Positions 7,813 to 18,338 are shown, counted from the first letter of the stretch. The stretch is DNA of 64,000 nucleotides from Sedimentisphaeraceae bacterium JB056 (GCA_044440125.1 JBITAJ010000008.1:1-64000); one strand, 5' to 3'. Numbers and translations are program-made. The notes: generated from the sequence alone by a model not told the origin.

Positions 7813-9117
7813 TTAATTGTTAATTCTTTTTTCTACACTTGCCGCATGTGCATCAAGTCCTTCAGTTTTGGCAATGGCTATTACGCCCTTACCGTTTTTC
7901 ATAAGCATATCTTTTGAGTAATTGATAATACTTGAGGATTTAACGAACTCATTGCTTGTTAGAGCAGAAAAGTATTTGGAGCTTTGACGCGTAGGCAGCG
8001 TATGGCTTGGACCTGCCCAGTAGTCACCAACAGCAACAGGACTGTAGTCTCCAATAAATATCGCTCCGGCATTTTGTATTCTATCAGCAACCTGCATACT
8101 TGCCTGCCCGCATTGGACCTCAAGATGTTCAGCTGCGAAATCATTAGCGAAATCTATCATTTCGTCAAGGTCGTCAACAACTATTATTGCACTGTATTTT
8201 ATGAGGCATTCGAATGTCTCGTCAGACCTTGACAGTTCGCTGCACTGTGTTTCGAGCTCTCTGAGAACATTGCCAGCCAGCTTGCTGCTTGAAGTTACCA
8301 GCAAAGCAGCGCCGGGATTATGCTCTGCCTGACTAAGCATATCAGCAGCTACCCAGTCTGCTTTAGCATTCTCATCAGCAACGATCAGTACATCGCTTGG
8401 CCCTGCAAAAGAATCCATATCGCAGAGACCAAATACTTCTTTTTTGGCCATCTGTACATAGTCATTGCCTGGCCCGACTATCTTGTCAACTTTTTCTATT
8501 GTATCTGTACCCCAGGCCAGAGCTGCAACGGCCTGGGCTCCACCAATGCGGTAGACTTCCTTTATGCCAAGTTCATAACATAGGGCGGCGATTACCGGAT
8601 TGATGTTTCCTTTGAATCGCGGGGGGGTTATAACTACAATTTCTTTAACCCCTGCAACCATTGCCGGTACCGCAGTCATTATCAAGGTTGAAGGCAGGGG
8701 AGCACTTGCCCCGGGTATGCATACCGCAATTCTGTTTAACGGACGATATCTGATACCTTCAGTCTCGTTGTTGCCAACAAAGATACTGCTCTGATATTCT
8801 TTGACATTATCAATAGCCATCCGAAGGTCGGCAAGTAATGACTGGTCGATATCTGCATGGGCTTGGCGTAAGTAATCATCACTGACTCTGAAGTCAGCAG
8901 CGGTGAGTGTTACATTATCGAAGCGTTCAGTGAACTCGCTTACTGCTTCATCGCCACGCTCTGCCACTTCTGTGACAACGCCGCGTACTCTGTCAGCTAT
9001 TTCCTTATTGTTTCTCAGCCACTCTGCCATTGAATGTTCACGGCGGATATCCTGCATTTTCTGCTGAAAATCGTTGTCATTCTTACTGGTCAGTATATCT
9101 TTTAGTTTTTTATTCAT
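7813..9117 (-). CDS. hisD: Histidinol dehydrogenase
   Basis: GGAQAVAALAWGT, KIVGPGN, AGPSD, DMLSQAEH, EHLE, GDYWAGPSHTLPT. Confidence 0.96.
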   Translation of the reverse strand: MNKKLKDILTSKNDNDFQQKMQDIRREHSMAEWLRNNKEIADRVRGVVTEVAERGDEAVSEFTERFDNVTLTAADFRVSDDYLRQAHADIDQSLLADLRMAIDNVKEYQSSIFVGNNETEGIRYRPLNRIAVCIPGASAPLPSTLIMTAVPAMVAGVKEIVVITPPRFKGNINPVIAALCYELGIKEVYRIGGAQAVAALAWGTDTIEKVDKIVGPGNDYVQMAKKEVFGLCDMDSFAGPSDVLIVADENAKADWVAADMLSQAEHNPGAALLVTSSSKLAGNVLRELETQCSELSRSDETFECLIKYSAIIVVDDLDEMIDFANDFAAEHLEVQCGQASMQVADRIQNAGAIFIGDYSPVAVGDYWAGPSHTLPTRQSSKYFSALTSNEFVKSSSIINYSKDMLMKNGKGVIAIAKTEGLDAHAASVEKRINN

Positions 9118-9125
9118 GATATTTT

Positions 9126-10364
9126 TTATTTAGACGTTCGTATTATGCCGCCTGCTACGATATTCTCATCACGTACCATTACGAATCTTCCCATTTCCTG
9201 TACTTCATTAAAGTCTTTTATACAGATGGGCTTCTTAGTCTTTATTGTAACTTCTGCTACTTCCAGATTTTCAAGCGATTTAGCGTTTTCCTCTATCAAC
9301 TCAAGAGTGGAAGAGTTGATACGACGACTTATTTGTTCTATGCTGCATTTTTGCTCCTGCGTTGCACATCTCAGTAAGAGTCTCTCTCCTGCTTGCAGCG
9401 GTTTTCTACTCATCCAGAATACTCGGGCCGTAAAGGTATCTGTAATTGTCGGCTCTTTATTTTCGCGACATACTATATCGCCACGGTCCAGGAACAGTGA
9501 GTCTTCTGTTATAAAACCAATACACTCCCCGGCAGTTGCCTGCTGAGGGTTTTCGAGAAACTTTTCAATCGATTTAATTTTAGTCTTGAATCCGCCCGGC
9601 AATATCTTGACTTTTTCACCCGAGGCTAATTCACCAGCTTCGATTCGACCTGCATTTATGCGTTTGTCATCTATTTTGTAGACATCCTGAACAGGAAGCA
9701 TCAGCGGCTTATCTGAGGCGGGCTTTGAGTTTTCAAGCGTATCAAGGCTTTCGAGGAAAGTCAGACCCTTGTACCATCCCATGTTTGCAGAGCGATTGGC
9801 TATGTTGTCACCTTTAAGAGCAGCCATAGGGATGTACATTGTAGGACTGACATCAATAGAGCCGAGGAATTCACCCGCATCTTTACAGATACTGTTGAAT
9901 TTGTCTTCGCTGTGATCGACAAGATCCATTTTGTTCACAACAACAATGACCTGTTTGAGGCCAAGCATGCTGAGCATATAGGAGTGGCGTTTTGTCTGTT
10001 CTTTAACACCTTCATTGGCATCAATTATTAGTATGGCGGCTTCTGCCTGAGAGGCACCGGTTATCATGTTTTTAACAAATTCAACATGTCCCGGCGCATC
10101 AATTATCACATATCGACGCTTGTCAGTTTTGAAAAAAACCTGAGTGGTGTCAATAGTTATGCCTTGTTTGCGTTCTTCTTCGAGGTGATCAAGTAGGTAG
10201 GCGAATTCTGTATCTCGTCCCTGCTGTGAACTCATCTTCTTCATCTCTTCAATCTTGTCTGGATTAAGAGTACCGGTATCGTAGAGCAGTCTGCCTATAA
10301 GTGTACTTTTGCCGTGGTCAACATGTCCTACTATTACAAAACTGAGTACATTGTCTGTATTCAT
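9126..10364 (-). CDS. cysN: Sulfate adenylyltransferase GTPase subunit (no APS-kinase domain)
   Basis: [25 protein letters not shown]-Tu-like domains; same operon as cysD. Confidence 0.85.
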   Translation of the reverse strand: MNTDNVLSFVIVGHVDHGKSTLIGRLLYDTGTLNPDKIEEMKKMSSQQGRDTEFAYLLDHLEEERKQGITIDTTQVFFKTDKRRYVIIDAPGHVEFVKNMITGASQAEAAILIIDANEGVKEQTKRHSYMLSMLGLKQVIVVVNKMDLVDHSEDKFNSICKDAGEFLGSIDVSPTMYIPMAALKGDNIANRSANMGWYKGLTFLESLDTLENSKPASDKPLMLPVQDVYKIDDKRINAGRIEAGELASGEKVKILPGGFKTKIKSIEKFLENPQQATAGECIGFITEDSLFLDRGDIVCRENKEPTITDTFTARVFWMSRKPLQAGERLLLRCATQEQKCSIEQISRRINSSTLELIEENAKSLENLEVAEVTIKTKKPICIKDFNEVQEMGRFVMVRDENIVAGGIIRTSK

Positions 10365-10417
10365 TTTTAACCTTTGTTTCTTGTTTACAAAATTAAGATG
10401 TAAAACTAAAGTTTATT

Positions 10418-11260
10418 TTACCAAATTGTCTTTATCAATGTAAAAGCCCCAATTGCTATTGCAAAACAGCCTATGACAGCTTTAAATTTCTTTTCGTTTA
10501 CTTTACTTACCGTTATTGCTGAAAGCGGCACAGCGGCCAATGAGCCTATACAGAGCCATGGTGCGAGCCTCAAATCACAACTTTGAGATTTTGAAAGAAG
10601 GTACAGGCTTACACCTACAAAGCATGTGAGCCCTTCAGCAAATGAAGTGATTCCTACTGCACTTTTGCCATCAACTCCGGATAATACTTGTCCACTTGTT
10701 ACGACAGGGCCGTATCCGCCGCCGCTGAGTCCTTTATTAAACGAAGCTATTATACCTAAAATAGTCATCTTGCTCCAGGAAAAACGGAATGATTTGTTCA
10801 TGCAAATCAGTACAACTATTCCCATTGTCAGTACAAGACCGCCAATATAGATCTTAAGCCAATATTGGGGTATATTGACAGCAATGAAAACGGCTGCCAA
10901 AGTTCCTGCTATACTGCAGACCGCTAGTAATATAGCTATTTTCAAATGAAGCGGAGTGTTCTTCTTAAAGCTTTCAATATAACCAATGCTCTTGAGTTGT
11001 TTCGAAATCTCATTAAATTCCAGTGTGTGGGGTTTGAGATTGACATTGCCATGCTTGTGGTGCAGAAATGCTGCGAGCAGCCCTGATAGTAATTCAGACA
11101 ACAATACCGCAGGAACTATCTGGAGTACATCAAAGCCAAAGACCAACATTAAGATTGGTGTTAATGTTGTGCCGTATCCCATGCCCAAAGTAGAATCAAC
11201 ATACTCGCAAGCCAATGCAAGTAAAATTATTGGTATTATCACAGATAAGCTTATTGCCAT
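10418..11260 (-). CDS. TauE/SafE family sulfite/sulfur-compound transporter
   Basis: DSTLGMGYG and GLSGGGYGP repeats; multiple TM helices; lies between cysD and cysN. Confidence 0.85.
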   Translation of the reverse strand: MAISLSVIIPIILLALACEYVDSTLGMGYGTTLTPILMLVFGFDVLQIVPAVLLSELLSGLLAAFLHHKHGNVNLKPHTLEFNEISKQLKSIGYIESFKKNTPLHLKIAILLAVCSIAGTLAAVFIAVNIPQYWLKIYIGGLVLTMGIVVLICMNKSFRFSWSKMTILGIIASFNKGLSGGGYGPVVTSGQVLSGVDGKSAVGITSFAEGLTCFVGVSLYLLSKSQSCDLRLAPWLCIGSLAAVPLSAITVSKVNEKKFKAVIGCFAIAIGAFTLIKTIW

Positions 11261-11293
11261 TCTAAAATCTCAAAAATTGACGCCTCTTGGTTG

Positions 11294-12103
11294 TTACATA
11301 TATCCAAGAGAACGAAGCTTCTGCATCATGTAGTCATCTTCTTTATCCTGTGCTCTTCCGCTGCGTTCAGATATCTTTGATGTTTTGAGCTCTTCAATTA
11401 TCTCGTCAATGGTTTCCGCTTCAGAATCTACTGGTCCACAGCAAGTTTCGCAACCGATGCTTCTTAGTCTTTTGCCATCTTTTGTAAAGTACAGCCTTGG
11501 AATCGGTATATTTTCACGCTTGATGTATTCCCATATATCTATTTCACGCCATCCTAAAAGTGGATGAACACGAATATGCTCATCTTCAGTTGCTTTTGTC
11601 TTATACTGATCCCATAGCTCTGGCGGTTGATCTTTGTAATCCCACTCGAAATCCTCATCACGCGGGCTGAATACTCTTTCTTTTGCCCTGATGCCATGTT
11701 CATCACGCCGTATACCAAGGAATAATGCCTTGAAGCCATATTCAGCTATAGCATTCTTCAACGCTATAGTTTTAAGTTGATTACAGCACTCAAATTTGCC
11801 GGTATCGGGGCCAACACCTTTTTCGAGAGCTGCTTCGTTACGTGCAACAAGCAGGTTGAGATCCCACTCCTTAGCGTATTTATCACGGAACTCGTAAATC
11901 TCCTTGAATTTGAAAGATGTATCAATGTGAAGGATAGGAAAAGGGACTTTCCCGAAAAAAGCCTTGCGTACTAACCACATAAGGCACGTTGAGTCTTTTC
12001 CTATTGACCAAAGCATTGCTACATTGCGAAACTGACTATAAGCCTCGCGAATTATGAATATACTTTGATTTTCAAGTTTGTCTAAGTGAGAATATTTATC
12101 CAT
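11294..12103 (-). CDS. cysD: Sulfate adenylyltransferase subunit 2
   Basis: PP-loop WSIGKDS, RRDE, KERVFSPR, RVHPL, SERSGRAQD, terminal GYM. Confidence 0.93.
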   Translation of the reverse strand: MDKYSHLDKLENQSIFIIREAYSQFRNVAMLWSIGKDSTCLMWLVRKAFFGKVPFPILHIDTSFKFKEIYEFRDKYAKEWDLNLLVARNEAALEKGVGPDTGKFECCNQLKTIALKNAIAEYGFKALFLGIRRDEHGIRAKERVFSPRDEDFEWDYKDQPPELWDQYKTKATEDEHIRVHPLLGWREIDIWEYIKRENIPIPRLYFTKDGKRLRSIGCETCCGPVDSEAETIDEIIEELKTSKISERSGRAQDKEDDYMMQKLRSLGYM

Positions 12104-12343
12104 ATCAATTCCTATTATCTACCGCAGTATCTAATCAGTCTCTGTAAATCCCGCGATTAACGCAGGATAAAAACACTTTTATTATCCAGATAATATCCTA
12201 TCTCGTCAAGGTTAATGTGTGCTTTTTTAATAAAAATTGCCTCTATTTGTATTAGTCGTTTCATACGTCCACTTGAAGAGGTCGAGATTTATAAAGATTT
12301 GTTATTTTTGAAGTTAATATCAGGCTTAGATTTAAATAGAAAA

Positions 12344-12394
12344 AAATAAGGCGTGTTTTCAACAGGAATTTCACCCTGAAAACACGCCTTATTT
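12344..12394 (-). terminator. Long hairpin/terminator downstream of tRNA-Arg
   Basis: AAATAAGGCGTGTTTTCA / TGAAAACACGCCTTATTT inverted repeat followed by a T-run on the minus strand. Confidence 0.75.
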
Positions 12395-12398
12395 CAAG

Positions 12399-12472
12399 TA
12401 CGCCCGGCAGGATTCGAACCTGCGACCTTTGGATTAGGAATCCAATGCTCTATCCAGCTGAGCTACGAGCGC
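12399..12472 (-). tRNA. tRNA-Arg (anticodon CCT)
   Basis: GCGCTCGTAGCTCAGCTGGATAGAGCATTGGATTCCTAATCCAAAGGTCGCAGGTTCGAATCCTGCCGGGCGTA folds as a cloverleaf with anticodon loop TTCCTAA and T-loop GTTCGAATC. CCA not encoded. Confidence 0.96.
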
Positions 12473-12797
12473 ATTTTTAAAATAAATTATTGTACAGCCA
12501 ATAACAATGGGGCAATATGATACATATTTAAGTATTTTTGGCAATAAATAATTTTGAAATTACCAAACAAAGTCATCACGTTTTGTTTGGTAATTAAAAT
12601 CCTGCAAATAACCAATTTCTATGATTTAAGCTAATTATCATATTGATTAATTTTGCCCTGCAATAAGATAATGCTAAAAAAAAAGCTGTTGAGTTATATT
12701 TTTCTTGAAAAAAAGCTGTTATCATTAAAATTACTGTCTGGTAACCAAAACCGGTTTAATAAATTGAATCAATTATCTCAGTTAGGGGTGTATATAG

Positions 12798-13688
12798 ATG
12801 GCATTAGGTAAGATAAAAGAAGCGGTTAAAAGCGGACGAATATTATTTTCTGACGGAGCATGGGGCACTTTCTTGCAGAAAAAAGGGCTTCAGCCAGGCG
12901 AATGTCCTGAATTATGGTGTTTGGAACGTCCTGACGATGTTTATGATGTAGCTAAAAGTTATATTGATGCAGGCTCTGATATGATACAGGCCAACAGTTT
13001 CGGCGGTACTTCGTATAAGCTTGAACATTTCGGGCTTCAGGATAAGGCATCGCAGATCAATGAGGCGGCAGCAAGCATTTCAAGAAAAGCTGCCGGTGAC
13101 AAGGCCTGGGTTATCGCTTCGGCAGGGCCTACTGGCAAACTTCTTATGATGGGTGATGTAAGCAGTGAAGACCTCTATAATGCTTTTAAAGAACAGGCAA
13201 TCGCTCTTGAAAAGGGCGGCGCCGATGCGATTTGCATTGAAACAATGAGTGATATTGATGAAGCAGTTCTTGCAATAAAAGCAGCAAAAGAAAATACCTC
13301 ACTTGAGGTTATATGTACTTTTTCTTTCGAGAGAACTGTCCAGGGCGACTACAGGACAATGATGGGTACAACGCCTGTTCAGGCTGCTCAAGCTTGTCTT
13401 GAAGCCGGTGCAGACATAATCGGTACCAATTGCGGTAACGGTATGGAGAGGATGATCGAGATAGTCGAGCAGATACGCCAGGCTTTCTCTAATGCACCAA
13501 TACTTATCCATGCCAATGCCGGCTTGCCGCAAAACATTGATGGTGTTGATGTATTCCCTGAAACTCCTGAAGACATGGCATCTAAAGTAGAGCGGCTTAT
13601 AGAGGCCGGAGCAAATATTATCGGAGGCTGTTGCGGAACGACGCCTGCCCATATTACAGCGATGAAGAACTCTGTCAATTTAAAATAA
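12798..13688 (+). CDS. Homocysteine S-methyltransferase family protein (stand-alone Hcy-binding domain)
   Basis: DGAWGT, ETMSD, Zn ligands GTNCG and IGGCCGTTP, HANAGLP. Confidence 0.9.
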   Translation: MALGKIKEAVKSGRILFSDGAWGTFLQKKGLQPGECPELWCLERPDDVYDVAKSYIDAGSDMIQANSFGGTSYKLEHFGLQDKASQINEAAASISRKAAGDKAWVIASAGPTGKLLMMGDVSSEDLYNAFKEQAIALEKGGADAICIETMSDIDEAVLAIKAAKENTSLEVICTFSFERTVQGDYRTMMGTTPVQAAQACLEAGADIIGTNCGNGMERMIEIVEQIRQAFSNAPILIHANAGLPQNIDGVDVFPETPEDMASKVERLIEAGANIIGGCCGTTPAHITAMKNSVNLK

Positions 13689-13732
13689 CTTGGTAATCTT
13701 GCCGGTTGTTAAAGAACTTGTGAGGTGTTTAG

Positions 13733-14740
13733 GTGAACTTACTTATAATTACAGGATTTCTTGGTTCCGGCAAGACAACTTTTCTAAAATATATTGCCGA
13801 GGAGTTTATCGCCAGATATCCGGGCAAAAAAATGGCAGTTATTGAAAATGAGATCGGGAAGATAGGTGTTGACGGTTCTTTCCTGAGCTCAACTGGTCTG
13901 CTTCTCAAAGAGATCAATTCCGGCTGCATATGTTGCGGGCTCAGGGTTGATTTTATTACGACACTTTGTGATATAGAGGAAGAGCTTAGCCCTGAACTGG
14001 TAATTCTCGAACCATCAGGCGTTGCCGGGCCAAGGCAGCTTGTCCAATCTCTTGAGTCTATTGCCGATAAGATTGATTCTGTCCGGATACTTACCCTTAT
14101 GGATGCTTCGAGGATCAACTATTTACCGGATATAACGATTCCTATAATTAAAGACGGGGTTGAAATCTGTGATTTTCTTGCTCTCAATAAAATTGACCTT
14201 GTTTCCAATCAGCAGCTTATGGAGATTATCGGCAAGCTCAGGGTGATTCGTAATGACCTTCAAATTATCAAAACATCTGCAGTTACAGGTAACATCGATG
14301 AAGTTCTGGAATACATATTTGATAATGAGTATCTTTTTTCAGGCAATTCTGCTCGGGCAAAATATACGGAAAATAACATCAAAAGAACTGATAATGCCAT
14401 TGTTTTTTCACTTGACAGGAAGTTTGCTCCTGAAAGTATTCAATTTCAAGATACGGCAGTGTCATTAAAAACTGTTATTGCTGGCGTGGCAGCAGGATTA
14501 AAGAACTTAGATTGCAAGATGATAGGGCACATAAAGGCAGCATTAAGTACAGAAAATGACGAGTGTCTCTTTGTAAGTACTACATCCTTCAATGATGCAC
14601 CTCATGTCAAAGGGCGTATTACAAAGCCATCATTGGAATTCAAACTCATTGTTAATGTAATTGTTTACGGTGTTGAATATACTGCTCTTGAGGAATTGGT
14701 TTCGCAGAAATTCGCAGAGATTGGTATCTTGCTACCATAG
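13733..14740 (+). CDS. CobW/HypB-like (G3E) P-loop GTPase metallochaperone with extra C-terminal domain
   Basis: GFLGSGKTT, ENEIG, GCICC, EPSG, NKID; C-terminal IGHIKA domain. Confidence 0.85.
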   Translation: MNLLIITGFLGSGKTTFLKYIAEEFIARYPGKKMAVIENEIGKIGVDGSFLSSTGLLLKEINSGCICCGLRVDFITTLCDIEEELSPELVILEPSGVAGPRQLVQSLESIADKIDSVRILTLMDASRINYLPDITIPIIKDGVEICDFLALNKIDLVSNQQLMEIIGKLRVIRNDLQIIKTSAVTGNIDEVLEYIFDNEYLFSGNSARAKYTENNIKRTDNAIVFSLDRKFAPESIQFQDTAVSLKTVIAGVAAGLKNLDCKMIGHIKAALSTENDECLFVSTTSFNDAPHVKGRITKPSLEFKLIVNVIVYGVEYTALEELVSQKFAEIGILLP

Positions 14741-14847
14741 CTTCTTCGGGATTATTGTATTGGGCAAAAAACAGCCAGTGAATCCTATTTTTGATATATT
14801 ATAACATAATCAGGCTCTCAATTTATCGCCTTTAATCAATATTAATA

Positions 14848-14905
14848 ACAAAGTATCTATTTTTAGTGACATCAGTGTTGACAAATATGAAACTTTGTGT
14901 ACTAT
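14848..14905 (+). promoter_or_regulatory. Promoter with overlapping inverted-repeat operator
   Basis: TTGACA 14878-14883, 16-bp spacer, TACTAT 14900-14905; inverted repeat ACAAAGTATC (14848) / GAAACTTTGT (to 14898). Confidence 0.55.
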
Positions 14906-14951
14906 TGCGAATAGGTTTTAATGCTTAAATTAACTTATGTAGCGGTGAATA

Positions 14952-15539
14952 ATGAGTGAAGATAGGTTCGAGGGTCTGATAAAGATAGGCTTGAGGATAC
15001 GCGAAAATCGCAAACTGCGTGGACTGAGTCTGGAAGAGTTATCACAAAGAGCAGGTGTAACTAAAAGTCTTATGTCAAAGTTTGAGAATTTCCGCGCAAT
15101 ACCTTCGCTTCCTGTTCTATCCAAAATAGCTTCGGCTATGCAGATAGACATGGCGGAGCTTGTCAAGAATCTCGGAGAGGAGACCGCAAAACCTTACACC
15201 GTCATCAAAGCTCAAAATAGAGGGCTTGTTGAAAGAGATGATGCTATAGGTTTCCTGCATGAAGCTGTTACGTCTAAAGATTTAGGCGAATACATCTTTG
15301 AGTCGATTGTGTTAACGCTTGAGCCCGGTTCAAGCAGGAAAACAGTAACAACCGAAGGCTATCAATTCATATATATACTTGAAGGAAAACTTGACTTTGT
15401 AATTGGGCCGGATTTGATAAGTATGGAGAAGGATGATGCAATGTTCTTTGACGGCAGGATTCCGCATGTGCCTGAAAATAAACATCAGGATGTTGCCAGG
15501 CTTCTTGCGATTTATCTTATCGAAAATAAACTGAAATAA
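14952..15539 (+). CDS. XRE-family HTH regulator with cupin domain
   Basis: SLEELSQRAGVTKSLMSKFEN HTH; cupin EGYQFIYILEG...FDGRIPH. Confidence 0.9.
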   Translation: MSEDRFEGLIKIGLRIRENRKLRGLSLEELSQRAGVTKSLMSKFENFRAIPSLPVLSKIASAMQIDMAELVKNLGEETAKPYTVIKAQNRGLVERDDAIGFLHEAVTSKDLGEYIFESIVLTLEPGSSRKTVTTEGYQFIYILEGKLDFVIGPDLISMEKDDAMFFDGRIPHVPENKHQDVARLLAIYLIENKLK

Positions 15540-15588
15540 AATGTCGGGGCATATACCCAATTTATATTTTTTTTAAGAGGGAAATAAC

Positions 15589-16938
15589 ATGAGTGATTTT
15601 GATAAATTTTCAAGAAGAGATTTTGTTAAAACAGTGTCTACAACAGCCGTCACCGGTGCAATTCTCAGTGGTGGTAATACCTCAAATGCTAAAGAATCAC
15701 TACCATTGAAAAAAACAAAAACTGATGATAACGGTTCTCGTTGGCTTCGTGGAAATATGCACACTCATACTTATTGGAGTGATGGAGATGAATTCCCAGA
15801 GATGGCTGCTCGCTGGTATAAAAATCACGGCTATGACTTTCTTGTACACACGGATCATAATATTATACTGAAGGGTGAAAAGTGGAAAACACTCCCTGCC
15901 GAACATGAATCAATTATAGCTTGCCGTGCCGCATTCGGTGCTGACTGGCTTGAAACCAAACCTGACAACAAAAAAGGAAATGTACAGGTAAAACTGAAAA
16001 CATTGGAGCAGTATCGACAGTTATTAGAAGAATCTGAAGAATTCCTGTTGATCATGGGAGAAGAAGTCACCTCTCCTCACAGCGTACATTTCAATGCTTT
16101 TTACGTAGATGACGTAATTGACCAGGCTCAGGAGTATGGTGAAGATGAGCGTCTTCCTCTTATGCGATCTGATATGAGGAGAATTTCGAAATATGCACAA
16201 AAGTGTGGGCGTGATACATTTCCAGTACTGAACCATCCTAATTGGCGATCAGCGATTACCGCGGAAATGATCAGCGAAACAGACAGCTTAAAATTCTTTG
16301 AGGTCTACAATGGAATAAAGGACTGCCATTCCACTGGTCCTGCTCCTCGTCATAGCACAGATGCAATGTGGGATGCCGCTTTGACATTGAGACTCAGCAG
16401 GGGGCATAAAACGCCGCTTTACGGTTTAGCAACCGATGATGCACACAACTATCGTGGCGGCAGCCATGCTCCGGGCAGAGGCTGGGTGATGGTACGCAGT
16501 GACAGACTCGAACCCAAAGCAATACTGAAGGCAATGAATAAAGGGGATTTTTATGCCACAACCGGTATCATACTAAACGACATAAACTCTGACAGCAAAT
16601 CCATAAGTATTGAGATTCAGCCGCAGCCGGGTATTGAATATACGGTAGAATATGTAGGCTCACGTCGCGGCGCAGATCTTTCAAGCAAGCCAACTCTTGA
16701 TGAACAGGGCAACCGCATAAAGAATACGACCAGGACATATAGTCCTGAAGTTGGCGAGGTTTTCTATAAAACCAACGATCTGAAATCAACCTATAAGTTT
16801 TCAGGAAATGAACTTTACGTTAGAGTGCGAATAAAGTCAAATGCACCTCATATTGACCCTATCTCCGGTAAGCATCTTTCTCCGCTGAATTACGATACTC
16901 AGAGAGCATGGTGTCAACCAGTAATACTGGATAGTTAA
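15589..16938 (+). CDS. Tat-exported PHP-family (CehA/McbA-like) metallohydrolase
   Basis: Tat motif SRRDFVK; GNMHTHTYWSDG, TDHN, GEEVT, NHPNW, EVYNG, TDDAH. Confidence 0.85.
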   Translation: MSDFDKFSRRDFVKTVSTTAVTGAILSGGNTSNAKESLPLKKTKTDDNGSRWLRGNMHTHTYWSDGDEFPEMAARWYKNHGYDFLVHTDHNIILKGEKWKTLPAEHESIIACRAAFGADWLETKPDNKKGNVQVKLKTLEQYRQLLEESEEFLLIMGEEVTSPHSVHFNAFYVDDVIDQAQEYGEDERLPLMRSDMRRISKYAQKCGRDTFPVLNHPNWRSAITAEMISETDSLKFFEVYNGIKDCHSTGPAPRHSTDAMWDAALTLRLSRGHKTPLYGLATDDAHNYRGGSHAPGRGWVMVRSDRLEPKAILKAMNKGDFYATTGIILNDINSDSKSISIEIQPQPGIEYTVEYVGSRRGADLSSKPTLDEQGNRIKNTTRTYSPEVGEVFYKTNDLKSTYKFSGNELYVRVRIKSNAPHIDPISGKHLSPLNYDTQRAWCQPVILDS

Positions 16939-16979
16939 TAAAAAAACAACCACTTGCTTAACGTACGGTTGCTTTTTAT
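16939..16979. terminator. Putative terminator between convergent genes
   Basis: AAAAAACAACC...GGTTGCTTTTT imperfect hairpin. Confidence 0.5.
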
Positions 16980-17014
16980 AGTAAACTTTGGCAATATTTG
17001 ACTATATGCCAAAG

Positions 17015-18112
17015 TTAGTTCTTTACGGACCCTTTACTTTGGCTTTGAAGTTGATATGAGTGGCCTGCTGTTATTACAGGATTTTGCGGCGAGACAGTAT
17101 TGCCTTTGCCAATTTCCTGTTCCTTGATAAAATCAACTAATAGCGGCAGGTGCTTTACCGGTATAATTCTGCAATTATCTTTATTAAGATAAATTATGTC
17201 GAGAATTTTATCTTTCTCAAATTCTTTTGGCTCTATTTCCAGATCAAGTTCAAATCCGTACCCTTTGAACTTTTCAATTGTGGGTATTGGATATGATTTT
17301 ACTGTTACGTTTGGACAAATGCCTTCTACTACAGCAGGTGTAACAAACCCATCATCAAGCCCAATATCAATATTTCTAAATTTCATATCTACAAGCGTTA
17401 TGCCAGTGTACCATTTGTTCCGCATTTCCTCGGAAGCCTCTCTTGCTGTTTCCCTGGATTGTATACCGAGATTTTGGAGTTCATATAAAAGCATGTTTGT
17501 CAATGCCTTGTCGTAATCAGGCATGTTCTCTGACATGACCTTTGTTGAGAGCCTTATTCCCATTAGGTTTGAATAGATATCTTCCCAGGAAAATGCGGAA
17601 GGATTTTCCGGCACAACCATCATGCATTTATATCCAAACCATGTTAACACCTCGTGCCATGTCGTCATTATATATGTGAAATACGCTCCAAGCTCCAGTG
17701 ATACTTCCCGGCTTATCTCTTCTTTTTGCTGAGCAGTTAACGTGTCCCAGTTTTCCGGATAGGTTAATGTAACAAAATATGTAGAAGGTTCAACATTCAG
17801 GCGAAAACTCAAATTCGTGTTTTTGCAGTCGATGGTACACTTTACTTTTTGCGAAAGATATCGAGTATAATCAGCCGCAATTCGCACATGTGCTATATCA
17901 ATATGTCCTCCACGGCAAGTATAGACAATTCCATTATTCTCTCCCCATGCATTTGAAAAAGAGTGATTTCCAAGAATTTTATCGTCGATAAAATTGGTTC
18001 CGATAGTATTGGTTGCATAACTGCCAAGTCTTGGTCGGGGCTCACCGTTTATAGAGCAGCCGCAAAATATAACAAAAAACGACAATATGCTGTATCTAAT
18101 ATACGTATTCAT
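17015..18112 (-). CDS. DUF4056-family putative lipoprotein
   Basis: GIVYTCRGGHIDIAHVR, WHE, SAFSWEDIYSNLMG. A start at 18112 (MNTY...FCGC lipobox-like) is preferred over 18202. Confidence 0.75.
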   Translation of the reverse strand: MNTYIRYSILSFFVIFCGCSINGEPRPRLGSYATNTIGTNFIDDKILGNHSFSNAWGENNGIVYTCRGGHIDIAHVRIAADYTRYLSQKVKCTIDCKNTNLSFRLNVEPSTYFVTLTYPENWDTLTAQQKEEISREVSLELGAYFTYIMTTWHEVLTWFGYKCMMVVPENPSAFSWEDIYSNLMGIRLSTKVMSENMPDYDKALTNMLLYELQNLGIQSRETAREASEEMRNKWYTGITLVDMKFRNIDIGLDDGFVTPAVVEGICPNVTVKSYPIPTIEKFKGYGFELDLEIEPKEFEKDKILDIIYLNKDNCRIIPVKHLPLLVDFIKEQEIGKGNTVSPQNPVITAGHSYQLQSQSKGSVKN

Positions 18113-18338
18113 AGACGATTGCAAATTTAATAATAATGGATTTCCTCTAACTTCACTATACAATATAATATTAATAATGCAAAATGTCGAGAAATTTATC
18201 AATAATATTTACCTGATAACAGTATTGGCTTAGTTTAGCAGTATAAAGCTTGCACTGTATGCCTATTTTGGTAAAATTTCCTTAAACGAAGAATTTAATT
18301 GGCTTTATATGAAAAGGGCTAACGAAAGATCATAGATT

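Noticed and set aside
12399..12472. tRNA-Arg as an island integration site
   Set aside because: No integrase adjacent, no duplicated tRNA 3' end seen in the window, and flanking genes are metabolic.
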